This document shows positions 20,640 to 30,982 of a stretch of DNA of 64,000 nucleotides, piece after piece. Every line of letters begins with the position of its first letter. Within the stretch, counting starts at the first letter, position 1. The notes under the pieces are model-generated. The model searched no databases and was not told where the DNA came from. It saw only the letters and a program-made list of their open reading frames with translations. Both the position numbers and the translations under genes were made by a program. The stretch is from Candidatus Enterousia intestinigallinarum. Lineage in GTDB: Bacteria; Pseudomonadota; Alphaproteobacteria; Rs-D84. The DNA is taken from assembly GCA_018716885.1 (NCBI GenBank), contig DVJI01000012.1, forward strand, positions 78,050-142,049, read 5' to 3'.

Positions 20640-20669
20640 AAACACGCCCCGAATTTTCGGGGCGTGTTT
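20640..20669. terminator. Bidirectional intrinsic terminator (aaacacgccccgaattttcggggcgtgttt)
   Basis: Perfect hairpin between convergent genes. Confidence 0.65.
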
Positions 20670-20675
20670 ATTATA

Positions 20676-21947
20676 TTATTGACGTATCAAAGATTGAATT
20701 GTTTGCGGTACGGAAACTGCCTGTTGCAGGGTAAATCCAGATGACCGCAATACGAACGGTGAAGTTGTACTAACACCATTTTTTACGCAATCGGAATATG
20801 CCTCTGCCTCGGCAATCATCCAGCATTGGTTGTTCAACGGCGTTTCCTTTGATTGACCGGTACCATACTGCATTGTGGTCTTATCATATCCGGCCGCCGC
20901 AACACAGTAATTTGTTGACGGGGAATCTGCGTCAAATATATATCCAATATCACACTGAATACAAACACCACCGTCCGGTGACGCACCACCACGCAGATTT
21001 TCCGTACACGGTTGGCACGTTCTGTCCGCCAATGACGGGAAAGCATAACCCTTTTCACGACATCTGTATGTATAGCATCCCATATTGTCGTTAAATTCCA
21101 ACATCATTGTCGCTTCATCAAATCCATTGCTGGGCCAGTTTGAACACGTCTGGGTCAGGGCACACGCTGTTTCATCAATGGCAACGCAATCATTACCCGC
21201 CGCATTGGCAGTATAACCATTTTTGCACAGCAATGTCGCTTCGCCCGCGGGCCAACCATCAATACCACCGCGTTTACTTTTCCACCCTTCGCGACGTGCA
21301 CGAATAACAAAAGGTTGTGCATACGCCCCGTGTCCACTTGCCAGCCAGTCAGACACCACCAAAATCATATCGTGTTCCTGGCCCTTATGCACCCCGCAGC
21401 CATTATATTGATTCCAATGAAACATTGCCACGGCTGATTCAACCTGTGGATCACGCGCCATAGTTAAACTGTTAAAATCATCACGACGAAACGGTGTTGA
21501 ATCACATCCAGTCGGGGCGGAATCCTGGCAACCTTCACCACCGAATCCCGGTTTGCACAACCAATAACAGGTCTGCGCACCCTGACCAGATTCCGCATAC
21601 AATGTCCAGGCATTACCTTTTTTCTTTTTTTCGGCATACACCGTGGTTGGACAGAACCGTGCGCCATTTTCATTTACTTCGCGCGCAACCAGCAACAACA
21701 CCCCCATATCGTCGCCCAACACACATTGCCCCGGGGAATTTGCATCAATGCCATAATTTCCCTTACAGGTATCCTTGTACCGGCCGATTGTCGCATTCCC
21801 AAAATTAGAACTCTGACAGTGGCTCATAACCGGATTTTTCCAACTGCCCAACAGCGCATTTATATTATTTTCACCACCGGCAATCGCAACACACGGAACA
21901 ACTTGTGCAATAAATAATGATAAAAGTATGTTTCGTATATTTCTCAT
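20676..21947 (-). CDS. Secreted cysteine-rich protein (424 aa), uncharacterised
   Basis: Signal peptide MRNIRNILLSLFIAQVVPCVAIAG with a ribosome-binding site upstream. About 30 Cys. No recognisable domains. Confidence 0.6.
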   Translation of the reverse strand: MRNIRNILLSLFIAQVVPCVAIAGGENNINALLGSWKNPVMSHCQSSNFGNATIGRYKDTCKGNYGIDANSPGQCVLGDDMGVLLLVAREVNENGARFCPTTVYAEKKKKGNAWTLYAESGQGAQTCYWLCKPGFGGEGCQDSAPTGCDSTPFRRDDFNSLTMARDPQVESAVAMFHWNQYNGCGVHKGQEHDMILVVSDWLASGHGAYAQPFVIRARREGWKSKRGGIDGWPAGEATLLCKNGYTANAAGNDCVAIDETACALTQTCSNWPSNGFDEATMMLEFNDNMGCYTYRCREKGYAFPSLADRTCQPCTENLRGGASPDGGVCIQCDIGYIFDADSPSTNYCVAAAGYDKTTMQYGTGQSKETPLNNQCWMIAEAEAYSDCVKNGVSTTSPFVLRSSGFTLQQAVSVPQTIQSLIRQ

Positions 21948-21960
21948 TTTAATTACCTGT

Positions 21961-24477
21961 TTATTCCGCAACATAACATACGGAGTTTTCATAATACCCG
22001 CCCATCAGTTCTTCGCACTGTGCACGATACCATTCATCGGTAAATGTGCATTCGTCACGCGACAAATCATATGATGCAACCGGTGTTTCCAATCCGTCAT
22101 TATAATCCAGGCAACGCAACATTGTCGTGTTTTCAACACAGCGTCCCCAATCGGTTACTTCATTACCACCATACACCTGTCTATAGAACCCAGACAGCAA
22201 AGTTCCTTCGCCACTGACACGACTGTCAACAACGTTAGTAACACTGTCATCATTATCCATCCAGTACCCATCCAATTCTTCACAAGTTTCCATCAACTGG
22301 TAATCCAGTTCTTCCTGAATATCATCTATTGCGCGTTTTATCTGATCACTAACCTGTGCGATAAATTCATCACCGGAACTGGTCGGATCCGCACAATTTT
22401 GACTTGCAAAGTTCTGAATAGATTCTTCCAATTCATCCGGACTCATATTACGGCAGTTCCACGGATAGCCCATTTCTCCATCATCCGGGGTGCACAAATC
22501 CGCCAGATAATTATCAATCGCGGTTTCGCAGCCCTCGGTAATACGAACGGTATCAACCGTGTCAACAAACGCCAACAAAGCGGTCAGACCACACCGGTCT
22601 GCGGCGGCAGCACCAGTTAAACTGCTGCTGTTATTACCGCTGCCGGCCACTAATCTGCCATTACCATCAAATTCACAACCGTCAGTGTTTCCATACAATG
22701 ACGCACAGGCGATAACCTGATCCTGGCACATTGAACGTGCAGCATACGCACTGATTGCACCGGTATATTGCGATGTAGTATTGTCAAAATCCTGCAACGC
22801 GCCAGTTTGCGTATCATAACATTCGGCCATAGTGCTGACACAGGACATTTTGACTTCTTCTATTTTTTCATCCTGTGCCTGTGCAATTTCAATCAGGGCC
22901 TGGCGCTTAAATTCTTCCCATACAATATCAGATATATCACGACAGGTATCTAATGCGCTTTCTGCAAACATACGTTTGTCGTCCAAAAATGTATTAAATT
23001 CCGAATTTGCACTCAATACATCACCAGCGTTACTGGCATTTACCCCCGGCAGTAATATCATATTCGTCAATTCAAACAAGCGCGGTGAATAAATCGGCTC
23101 ACCCGTACTTTGGTTGATATATGCCCCGGTATAGTCCAAACAACGTTGATAATTCGGACCACAGGCCGTATCCGCCTGAATAGCGGAACGAACATTTGCG
23201 ATACATTCGTTCACGTCGGCTGAATTATGTGATTGATATTCTTCCAGACGTGCTTCACGCAGGTATTTTTCCGCCGTACGTACAGTTTGTTCCAATCCCT
23301 CTTTTTGAGAATTTATATTTTTCTCATACAGGTTGCAATCCTGTGTAATCATAATGCTGTACGCGCTGCGCGCCATTGTCAAAACGGCATTATTCTCGCA
23401 AGAATCTGCGATTAAATCCAGACATTGTTTGCTGGCCTCGTTATACAAATCCTGGCCGGTCAGGGTGGACAAATCAACCCCCGTTGACGTATCAAATATA
23501 GAACTGCCAGAATCGCCCCAAATATCACCCAAGTCAGATGTAAAATCAACCGTCAACAGCCCCAGCGAAGTCCCCGACGAACTGGATGACGAAGACGATG
23601 AACTGTTTCCAGACAACAAATCACTGATTTCCGACAACATATTTGCCGCGGCACTGGTGTCACGTTTGATTGCATTTTCACCCTCGGTCGCGGTGTACAT
23701 TGCGGTAACTTCTTCGGCCGTCAGATTGACCGCCGTCAGATTATTATCCTGGAACTGCGCCAACAGGTTTAATGCCTGGTCAATCGCGTTTTCCGTATCA
23801 CGAAATTCATCATATCGGGCACTGCACACGCATCTGCGGTATGTGTCATTTGCATTTGCACAAAACTGATCCATACAGGTTGCATACGCTTCACGACATT
23901 CTGCATAACCGCCCCCAATGGCAGAAATATCTGTAAAGACCGCTGTTGCACGCGCGGTTGATGCACGCGATGCCCCAACAACGGAATTAGTCGATGCCGC
24001 ACGCGCCGTACTGGCCGGATTATGCGTTGCGCCACGCACGACATTTGACGATGCCGCACGCGATGTGGTTGCACTGCGTGCCGCAGTTGCTGATGTCGGA
24101 ATCGTCTGACGAATTGTGCCGCTACGTCCAGTGACAACATTTGTTGCCGATGGCATAATATTTGCCGAACGCGCCACAGTCGTGCTGGGGCGTGATGTCG
24201 CACTGCGCGACACGGTTGTTGCCGCCGCACGTCCTGAAACAGTTGACGTCGTTGTCGGTGTTGTACCCGACGTTGCAGCGGAATTTACACGCACAACGCG
24301 ACTGCTGTTTGCACGCGATGTTGCACCAGTGGCCGCGTCCGATGTCGCAACCGTAACAGACGCCGTGGACGAGCCACGTGGATTTGGTGCCTGTTCAGCC
24401 AACGCCGGCCAGCACAGTGCCAACACCGACCAAAAAGCAAGTGAATATTTGCAAAAATCAGCAACGCGTTTAATCAA
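21961..24477 (-). CDS. Large secreted protein (838 aa) with a Thr/Ala/Arg/Ser-rich N-terminal low-complexity region and a conserved Cys-containing core; paralog of 60824..63580
   Basis: TTG start followed by signal peptide (…SLAFWSVLALCWPALA). The core aligns block by block with the 918-aa protein, e.g. C.EAY..CMDQFC...D.YRRC.CS.R, ATEGENA, GPNYQRCLDYTGAYINQSTGEPI. Confidence 0.65.
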   Translation of the reverse strand: MIKRVADFCKYSLAFWSVLALCWPALAEQAPNPRGSSTASVTVATSDAATGATSRANSSRVVRVNSAATSGTTPTTTSTVSGRAAATTVSRSATSRPSTTVARSANIMPSATNVVTGRSGTIRQTIPTSATAARSATTSRAASSNVVRGATHNPASTARAASTNSVVGASRASTARATAVFTDISAIGGGYAECREAYATCMDQFCANANDTYRRCVCSARYDEFRDTENAIDQALNLLAQFQDNNLTAVNLTAEEVTAMYTATEGENAIKRDTSAAANMLSEISDLLSGNSSSSSSSSSSGTSLGLLTVDFTSDLGDIWGDSGSSIFDTSTGVDLSTLTGQDLYNEASKQCLDLIADSCENNAVLTMARSAYSIMITQDCNLYEKNINSQKEGLEQTVRTAEKYLREARLEEYQSHNSADVNECIANVRSAIQADTACGPNYQRCLDYTGAYINQSTGEPIYSPRLFELTNMILLPGVNASNAGDVLSANSEFNTFLDDKRMFAESALDTCRDISDIVWEEFKRQALIEIAQAQDEKIEEVKMSCVSTMAECYDTQTGALQDFDNTTSQYTGAISAYAARSMCQDQVIACASLYGNTDGCEFDGNGRLVAGSGNNSSSLTGAAAADRCGLTALLAFVDTVDTVRITEGCETAIDNYLADLCTPDDGEMGYPWNCRNMSPDELEESIQNFASQNCADPTSSGDEFIAQVSDQIKRAIDDIQEELDYQLMETCEELDGYWMDNDDSVTNVVDSRVSGEGTLLSGFYRQVYGGNEVTDWGRCVENTTMLRCLDYNDGLETPVASYDLSRDECTFTDEWYRAQCEELMGGYYENSVCYVAE

Positions 24478-24536
24478 ATTTTACATCTCTCTTTTTGCAT
24501 TTTATCATTTTTTGGATAGTTTAATCAACACCCAAT

Positions 24537-25193
24537 TTATTCAATGCAACAATTTACCGCATTTTTTACCCAGTCACCCAAACGACGCACCGCCGACTTA
24601 GATTCTGCAACAGTCGGCGCCTTTTCCGGCACGGTTGCAGATGTCGGCTTTTCCGCGTCAACCACACATTTTGCATATACGTCTGGCGCAATTTTTTTAA
24701 CCCCGGTCAAATCGATTAAATCCATATTGATGCCCCAGAACAAAGAATACAGTTCATATGACTTGTTAAACAAATCATATGCATCACGGGTATTACCAGC
24801 GGATAGCGCCTTGGTTCCAACTTCCATAACACGCATAGACGCAGCCAACAAATGCTTGGAAATGCACCATACTTCGCCATTTTCGGCCGATGATTTTTTA
24901 ACGATACGGCTCATTAAATCCTTGCGCATATCGCGAACAGTATTTATCAAATCGTAAAAACCGGTTTTTTGCGTTTTTGCGCCGCTGAAAAAGAAATGTT
25001 CTTCCAGTGAAATCAGGTTCATCAGCGCGATAGACAAATCCTGGTCTGATGATAAATCCAACGGATTTACTTTTTTAGATGCATCAACACGCGCCACCAT
25101 TTCTTCCAGTGTCATTTTCGCTGCGCGATTTGACTTTTTATTTGACGCCTTTGCGGCCGCTTGTTTTACCGTTTTTTCAGATTTTTTTGCCAT
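24537..25193 (-). CDS. Hypothetical cytoplasmic protein with a basic Lys/Ala-rich N-terminus
   Basis: ORF of about 218 aa on the same strand between the membrane-protein gene and the 838-aa gene. No homology recognised. Confidence 0.45.
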   Translation of the reverse strand: MAKKSEKTVKQAAAKASNKKSNRAAKMTLEEMVARVDASKKVNPLDLSSDQDLSIALMNLISLEEHFFFSGAKTQKTGFYDLINTVRDMRKDLMSRIVKKSSAENGEVWCISKHLLAASMRVMEVGTKALSAGNTRDAYDLFNKSYELYSLFWGINMDLIDLTGVKKIAPDVYAKCVVDAEKPTSATVPEKAPTVAESKSAVRRLGDWVKNAVNCCIE

Positions 25194-25219
25194 AATTTTC
25201 CTTCCTTTCAAAAATCAAA

Positions 25220-25729
25220 TTACATTGTAATCAGCCAGAACACGATTGTCGCCACAATCAAAAACGACAATGGAACAACAACCTTTTGAAATGCGAACTT
25301 TGCGTGACCGCCGTTTTCACGTTTAATTTTGATATACCAACGCGCGCCCAGATAAAACGCGATTGTGCCGACAATAATACCCAACAAGAACTTATCAATT
25401 CCCCACAGTGTCGCCGCGCCAAATTCCACACTGGGCAACGCATAAACCAACCCCAGCAGTCCGTAATAGAATACGAACGGCACAACAATCTGCCAGAAAG
25501 CACTTTTTACATTATGCTTTTTCAACCAGCCGGCCGTCCAGAAAAACAGCGACAATGTCAATCCACCGGCCCAGATTCCGGTAATAACATCATCAACCCC
25601 CAGCAAACGCATACCTTCCAACCCAGCGCCAACCGCAACCGTGCACACTGGACAAACCGCCATTGCCGCCGGCATAACCATCAACATCGCCAACGCCGCA
25701 AATCCCAACTGTGAAATAACTTTTTTCAT
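25220..25729 (-). CDS. Polytopic inner-membrane protein (169 aa) with a CPVC motif, uncharacterised
   Basis: About 4-5 hydrophobic helices. Starts 8 nt after the preceding gene on the same strand. Confidence 0.5.
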   Translation of the reverse strand: MKKVISQLGFAALAMLMVMPAAMAVCPVCTVAVGAGLEGMRLLGVDDVITGIWAGGLTLSLFFWTAGWLKKHNVKSAFWQIVVPFVFYYGLLGLVYALPSVEFGAATLWGIDKFLLGIIVGTIAFYLGARWYIKIKRENGGHAKFAFQKVVVPLSFLIVATIVFWLITM

Positions 25730-25789
25730 ACCTTTCCCCTGTATTTATATATCAGTTTTAATAATCGTACACAAATTCATATTATTCGG

Positions 25790-26635
25790 TCAATATGATT
25801 TTATCACGCCGCGCATATGTGCACTGCGTGCGCGTGAATTGTTTTCCAATTCCGTCGCATCTGGCGTCGCCGTATGAATCGGTGCAAAACGCGCCGGGGC
25901 AACCGTCGGCAACCGTGGATCGCCCGCCGGTGTTGTCCAGTCCCTAAATGTATTTTTTACAATTCTGTCTTCGATTGAATGAAATGTGACACAAACACAT
26001 TTGCCGCCGACAACTAATCGTTCTGGCACCGCCGTCAATGCACGCGTCAATTCGCCCATTTCATCATTTACCGCAATACGCAACGCCTGAAAAACTGGTG
26101 CCACATCACGCGGATTATGAATCAAATTCTTTAATTCAAATGTTGTTTTCGGGGCGGCGTCCTTGATTGCGCGGGCCAAAATAGAACTTTTTTTGACATC
26201 GCCGTAATCACGCAATATTTGCGCCAGTTCCCCAGCGGATAAATCACGTATTAAATCAGCAGCCGACGCCCCCACACCAGACATACGCATATCCAACGGC
26301 CCGTCACCCCGGAAAGAAAACCCCCGTGCGGCAACATCTATCTGCATCGAAGAAATGCCCAAATCAAACACTATTGCATCATACGTGCCGGTCATTTCGG
26401 CAATATCAGAAAAAGGGCGGGGCACAAATTCAAATCGACCGGCAAATTCAGCGCCCAAACTTTCCGCATCCGCTGCAACGTTCGGGTCGCGGTCAAATGC
26501 AATCACACGCGCCCCACGCATTAAAAACGCACGCGAATACCCACCCGCACCAAAAGTTGCATCAATTATAGTGCGTCCATCAATATCGCCCAGTGCGTCA
26601 ATAACAGCATCTAATAATACGGGTATGTGTTTCAT
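25790..26635 (-). CDS. rsmH: 16S rRNA (cytosine1402-N4)-methyltransferase
   Basis: MKHIPVLLDAV...DATFGAGGYSRAFL...DLGISSMQ are RsmH/MraW signatures. Confidence 0.85.
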   Translation of the reverse strand: MKHIPVLLDAVIDALGDIDGRTIIDATFGAGGYSRAFLMRGARVIAFDRDPNVAADAESLGAEFAGRFEFVPRPFSDIAEMTGTYDAIVFDLGISSMQIDVAARGFSFRGDGPLDMRMSGVGASAADLIRDLSAGELAQILRDYGDVKKSSILARAIKDAAPKTTFELKNLIHNPRDVAPVFQALRIAVNDEMGELTRALTAVPERLVVGGKCVCVTFHSIEDRIVKNTFRDWTTPAGDPRLPTVAPARFAPIHTATPDATELENNSRARSAHMRGVIKSY

Positions 26636-29600
26636 TATTCTATTTCCACCCTTATCCCCAGGTTCACAAAGTCATTTGCAGTCGTTGCGCCCAGTTCAAC
26701 ACCGCCTGGTATCGCCATTGCGGCAACTTTGTCCGCAGCGTGCAAATTTAATACCACACGCGTTGATCCAGGACGCAGCGCAGTCAGGGCTTTTTTTACA
26801 TCTGGCAATACACCGCCGTCATAAATATCCAATGTAATTTTTTTTGCGATTTTCGCCACCCACTGGGTCAACGGCATAATAGAATCAACAAACACGGAAA
26901 CCCTGTCATCACGACACGACGTCTTACCAGAAATCAGCACCAGTGTTTCATTAGACAATATTTGCGCAAAATCAGACGCAGATTGTCCAAATGCAACGGC
27001 ATCAATATTGCCAAAACTGTCGGACGCGTTTATGGTAATCATATCCTTGCCCGCTTTGGTTCGACGACGAGAAAAAGAACTGACAGTCGCGGCAATTTGT
27101 ACCTGTTTTCTGTCACCCAGTTCGGCCAACGTCGCACTGGTAGCCAGTTTGGCACGTGAAATTAAATGCTTGTATTGATCCAACGGATGCGCCGATATAT
27201 AGAATCCCAGTGCCGACAATTCGTTTTCCAATCGCTGGGCAAATGTCCAGGCGGGCGTATTTGGCAGATTCTTTTTCAACCTGTCTTCGGCGACATCGTC
27301 TTCGATTGTATTTGCGAACAGCGACAGTGCGTTCGCCCCATCACGTGATTTTGACGCATACGACAATATCGCATCTGCATTCATAAACACCGCCGCCCGG
27401 TTCGGTTCCAAAGAATCCAGAACCCCGACCTTGGCAAAGGCCTCTAAAATTCTTTTATTGATAATCGGGGCACAGCGTTTCGCAAAATCGGTCAGATTTT
27501 TGAACTTTCCATTTGCATTTCGTTCCGCAACAATCGCATCAGTTGCAACAGTGCCGACGCCCTTGATTGCGGCCAATGCATAAATAATTTTACCGCCACG
27601 CACCGTGAACAGTGATTCACTTTCATTTATATCTGGTGCAACAATTTGAATACCAAAGTTTGATTTTGCATCATCCACAAACAATGCCAACTGATCCGTA
27701 TCGTTCAGATTGCTGGACATAGACGCTGCCAAAAATTCCGGGGTATAGTTTGCCTTTAGATACGCGCACTGGTTCGCGACAATCGAATACGCAATCGCGT
27801 GTGATTTGTTAAAGGCATACTTGGCAAATTCTTTGAACTTTTCCCACAAATCCTTGGCCTGTTCACGACTTAGTGTTTGTTCTTTTTCACACCCGTCATA
27901 AAACTTACCTTCCAGTTCGTCCAACATCTTGGCTATTTTTTTACCCATCGCCTTACGCACGTTGTCCGACTGGCCGCGTGTAAATCCGGCCAAAGCACGC
28001 GTCAACTGCATAACCTGTTCTTGGTACACAATGATGCCATATGTTTCTTTTAATATAGGTTCGGCGCGCGGGTGGACGTATTCAACTTTTTCATCACCGT
28101 GCATACGCGCGATAAATTGCGGAATAAACGCAATCGGCCCCGGGCGGTTCAGCGCGTTTAACGCAGATATTTCCAAGAAACTTGTCGGATGCATTTTGCG
28201 TAATGTTTGCTGAACAAACGGAGCATCGAACTGGAATATTCCTTCGGTTAAACCGGCTTGCCATAACTTCATAGTTTTTTCATCATCAACCGGTATTTTG
28301 TCCAAGTCAATATTTATACCACGTGTCTGCTGAATCAACTTTATTGCGTATTTTAATATCGCCAATGTTTCCAAGCCCAAAAAGTCAAATTTAATCAGTC
28401 CCGATGATTCCAGATAGTGCCCGTCAAACTGACACGACGGCAACGGGTTCGCCGGGTCACGATATACAGGTGCAATTTTTGTTGTCGGTCGGTCGCCAAT
28501 AACAACCCCGCACGCGTGCTGGCCCAGATTACGCAACGAACCTTCCAGTTCTTCAGCAATAGTGACAACCTTGTTCATATCTTCGTCGGTTTGCAGCACC
28601 ATTTGAATTTCTGGCGATGCGTCAACTGCGTCTTTCAGTGTTTTCGCATCCGCCGGTATCAGTTTGGACAACCGGTCTGATTTGGAATAGGGTATTCCAT
28701 ATACGCGTCCAATATCGCGAATTGCGCCACGCGCCTGCAAACTGCCAAAAGTTATTATACGGCATACGGAATCGTGACCATACTTGTCACAAATATAGGC
28801 CAACACGCGTTCAATTCCCGTTGGTTCAAAGTCCACGTCGAAATCGGGCATAGAAATACGATCAGGATTTAGAAAACGTTCAAACAGCAATCCATACTTC
28901 AACGGATTGACGTGCGTAATTCCCAGTGCCCACGCCACAATGGACCCAGCCCCAGACCCACGCCCCGGTCCAGTCAGAATATCGTTCCGCCGGCACCAGT
29001 CGATATAGTCCGCAACTATCAGAAAATATCCTGGGAATCCCATATTGATAATGACCCCCAGTTCAAATTCCGCCTGTTCATAATATGGTTTGGTGTCCGT
29101 TATTCCGTGTTGCGCCAATTTTTTTGCCAACCCCGACATAGTATGATCACGCAGCATCTGGCATTCTTGTTCCAAATCATCACCGAAACGCGGCAGCAAC
29201 GGCTTTTCGTGAACGTTCACCATAAACCCGCAACGCTGAGAAATTACGACGGTGTTTTCTATGGCTTCTGGCAAATCGGAAAACAGTTCTGCCATTTCGT
29301 CGGCTGTTTTGAAATACTGTTCTGACGATTTACGCGGACGGTCGGGGTCAATAACCTTGGTCTGCCCCAGAACACAACTCAACGCATCTTCGGCCTCATA
29401 GTCGCGCGACGCAGCAAATTCAACATCATTTGTCGCGACAATCGGAATATTCATATCCAGCGCGATTTTCAAAAATCCCGGTTCCGTTTTAATTTCGTCG
29501 GCCAATCCGTGCCGTTGAATTTCCATATAGAATCGGTCGCCAAATATATCCAGCAACTGATTCGCATATTGACGTGCCTGGCCGTCCTGGGCATTCAGAA

Positions 29601-30045
29601 TCGCCATACCAATCGGCCCGGTATGCGCACCGGACAAACAAATCAGTCCCCCACTGTGCGACGCCAGTTCTTCAAACGTTATATACGGCCCCAAATGATG
29701 ATTATCAGTCCGCATATACATAATACGGCTCAATTCACACAGATTCAGATATCCGTCGTGATTTTGCGCCAACAACACTATCCGCGACAGGGCATTTTGA
29801 CGCAGAATTTTTGGGTCAACCGTATGCTGATTTAATGTTATTTCCGTACCGATTATGGGCTGCACCTTATTTTTGGGCATAACATCGGAAAATTCGGCAC
29901 AACCAGACATCATATTAGTATCCGTCAGGGCGCACGCCGTCATATTATTTGCAATACACAACTCCGGGATTTGCTTTATTTTCAGCGTTCCGGCACCAAT
30001 AGAAATACGCGAATGCGTGCGAAGATGAACGAATTGATTTGCCAT
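26635..30045 (-). CDS. dnaE: DNA polymerase III alpha subunit
   Basis: PHP domain at the N-terminus (FVHLRTHSRISIGAGTLK), the polymerase core, and OB/tau-binding regions. Its stop overlaps the rsmH start. Confidence 0.95.
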   Translation of the reverse strand: MANQFVHLRTHSRISIGAGTLKIKQIPELCIANNMTACALTDTNMMSGCAEFSDVMPKNKVQPIIGTEITLNQHTVDPKILRQNALSRIVLLAQNHDGYLNLCELSRIMYMRTDNHHLGPYITFEELASHSGGLICLSGAHTGPIGMAILNAQDGQARQYANQLLDIFGDRFYMEIQRHGLADEIKTEPGFLKIALDMNIPIVATNDVEFAASRDYEAEDALSCVLGQTKVIDPDRPRKSSEQYFKTADEMAELFSDLPEAIENTVVISQRCGFMVNVHEKPLLPRFGDDLEQECQMLRDHTMSGLAKKLAQHGITDTKPYYEQAEFELGVIINMGFPGYFLIVADYIDWCRRNDILTGPGRGSGAGSIVAWALGITHVNPLKYGLLFERFLNPDRISMPDFDVDFEPTGIERVLAYICDKYGHDSVCRIITFGSLQARGAIRDIGRVYGIPYSKSDRLSKLIPADAKTLKDAVDASPEIQMVLQTDEDMNKVVTIAEELEGSLRNLGQHACGVVIGDRPTTKIAPVYRDPANPLPSCQFDGHYLESSGLIKFDFLGLETLAILKYAIKLIQQTRGINIDLDKIPVDDEKTMKLWQAGLTEGIFQFDAPFVQQTLRKMHPTSFLEISALNALNRPGPIAFIPQFIARMHGDEKVEYVHPRAEPILKETYGIIVYQEQVMQLTRALAGFTRGQSDNVRKAMGKKIAKMLDELEGKFYDGCEKEQTLSREQAKDLWEKFKEFAKYAFNKSHAIAYSIVANQCAYLKANYTPEFLAASMSSNLNDTDQLALFVDDAKSNFGIQIVAPDINESESLFTVRGGKIIYALAAIKGVGTVATDAIVAERNANGKFKNLTDFAKRCAPIINKRILEAFAKVGVLDSLEPNRAAVFMNADAILSYASKSRDGANALSLFANTIEDDVAEDRLKKNLPNTPAWTFAQRLENELSALGFYISAHPLDQYKHLISRAKLATSATLAELGDRKQVQIAATVSSFSRRRTKAGKDMITINASDSFGNIDAVAFGQSASDFAQILSNETLVLISGKTSCRDDRVSVFVDSIMPLTQWVAKIAKKITLDIYDGGVLPDVKKALTALRPGSTRVVLNLHAADKVAAMAIPGGVELGATTANDFVNLGIRVEIE

Positions 30046-30169
30046 ACCGGCACAATAGCAAAAAATCATAATGCGGGGCAACCGCAAAAATAAAAAATAT
30101 TTATTATTAGAAACTAGCTGACGGTTTATGCTTATGTAAAAAATAAAAATCCCGTCATTGGCGGGATTT

Positions 30170-30976
30170 TTACATAACCTTGCCCTGGGTCGGGTAAAAG
30201 GTCAGTTGTATTTTTTCCCACTTATCAAACTCATTTTCCGGCAGCATCTTAAACGGCTGGCACACATTTATCGCACTGCGTATTGTGTCCAGGACATACG
30301 CAAACGCTGGATCTGTTTCCGCACGCGCCGCCGATTCAAACCATACATCACGCACAGTACCATTACGACGCATCGTCAAATGCGCCACCGCACGAATATC
30401 ACCAATATCCGCGCGTGTTGTATCTATTGTCCAACAACGCGTCATCGCCACACGCAGCGCATCAACCACCGACACCGTCAACGTGCGATTCAGTGACACA
30501 GATTCACGGTTTACGCGTATAACTGTTTTTTTCTTCTTTGGCTTTTCCGTTTCAGATTGGGTCGGTTTTGGTTCGTCTTCAACCGTTTTCACAACTGGAT
30601 CCGGCACGTCCGGGGCGATTGGCGTTTCTTCAACCAAACTTGGGACAGTTATTTGTTCCGGTTCCGTTTCTATTGGCGCGGGTTCTGGTTCCGGATCGGC
30701 CACGGATGCCGCATCGTTGTCACTTTGATTTGACACATCTGCGTCATCGGATGTTTCTGGTTCAGAATCTGCATTGACATTATACAAAGTAGTTTCATCA
30801 CCACTGACACGCACAGAATCCAAATCGATTTCCAGTATTTCTATGCGATCGGACGCCACGGTCATTGCACGATCAACAACAACGGCGAACGACGTCACCA
30901 TTATCGCAATCAGCGCCAGGTGCCCACACACGGATATCAAGAAATTTTCTGATGAAAATCGATTGCCAAAATTCAT
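30170..30976 (-). CDS. TolA/TonB-like periplasm-spanning protein
   Basis: N-terminal transmembrane anchor, a Pro/Glu-rich spacer (PEPEPAPIETEPEQ) and a C-terminal TonB/TolA-like domain. It lies downstream of tolQ/tolR-like genes. Confidence 0.55.
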   Translation of the reverse strand: MNFGNRFSSENFLISVCGHLALIAIMVTSFAVVVDRAMTVASDRIEILEIDLDSVRVSGDETTLYNVNADSEPETSDDADVSNQSDNDAASVADPEPEPAPIETEPEQITVPSLVEETPIAPDVPDPVVKTVEDEPKPTQSETEKPKKKKTVIRVNRESVSLNRTLTVSVVDALRVAMTRCWTIDTTRADIGDIRAVAHLTMRRNGTVRDVWFESAARAETDPAFAYVLDTIRSAINVCQPFKMLPENEFDKWEKIQLTFYPTQGKVM

Positions 30977-30982
30977 ATCTGT

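Noticed and set aside
21961-24477. Internal ORFs 23333..23869 (+), 23769..24230 (-), 24116..24601 (+) and others within or antisense to the 838-aa gene
   Set aside because: They are out of frame or antisense relative to a gene with a signal peptide and paralog support. No independent evidence backs them.
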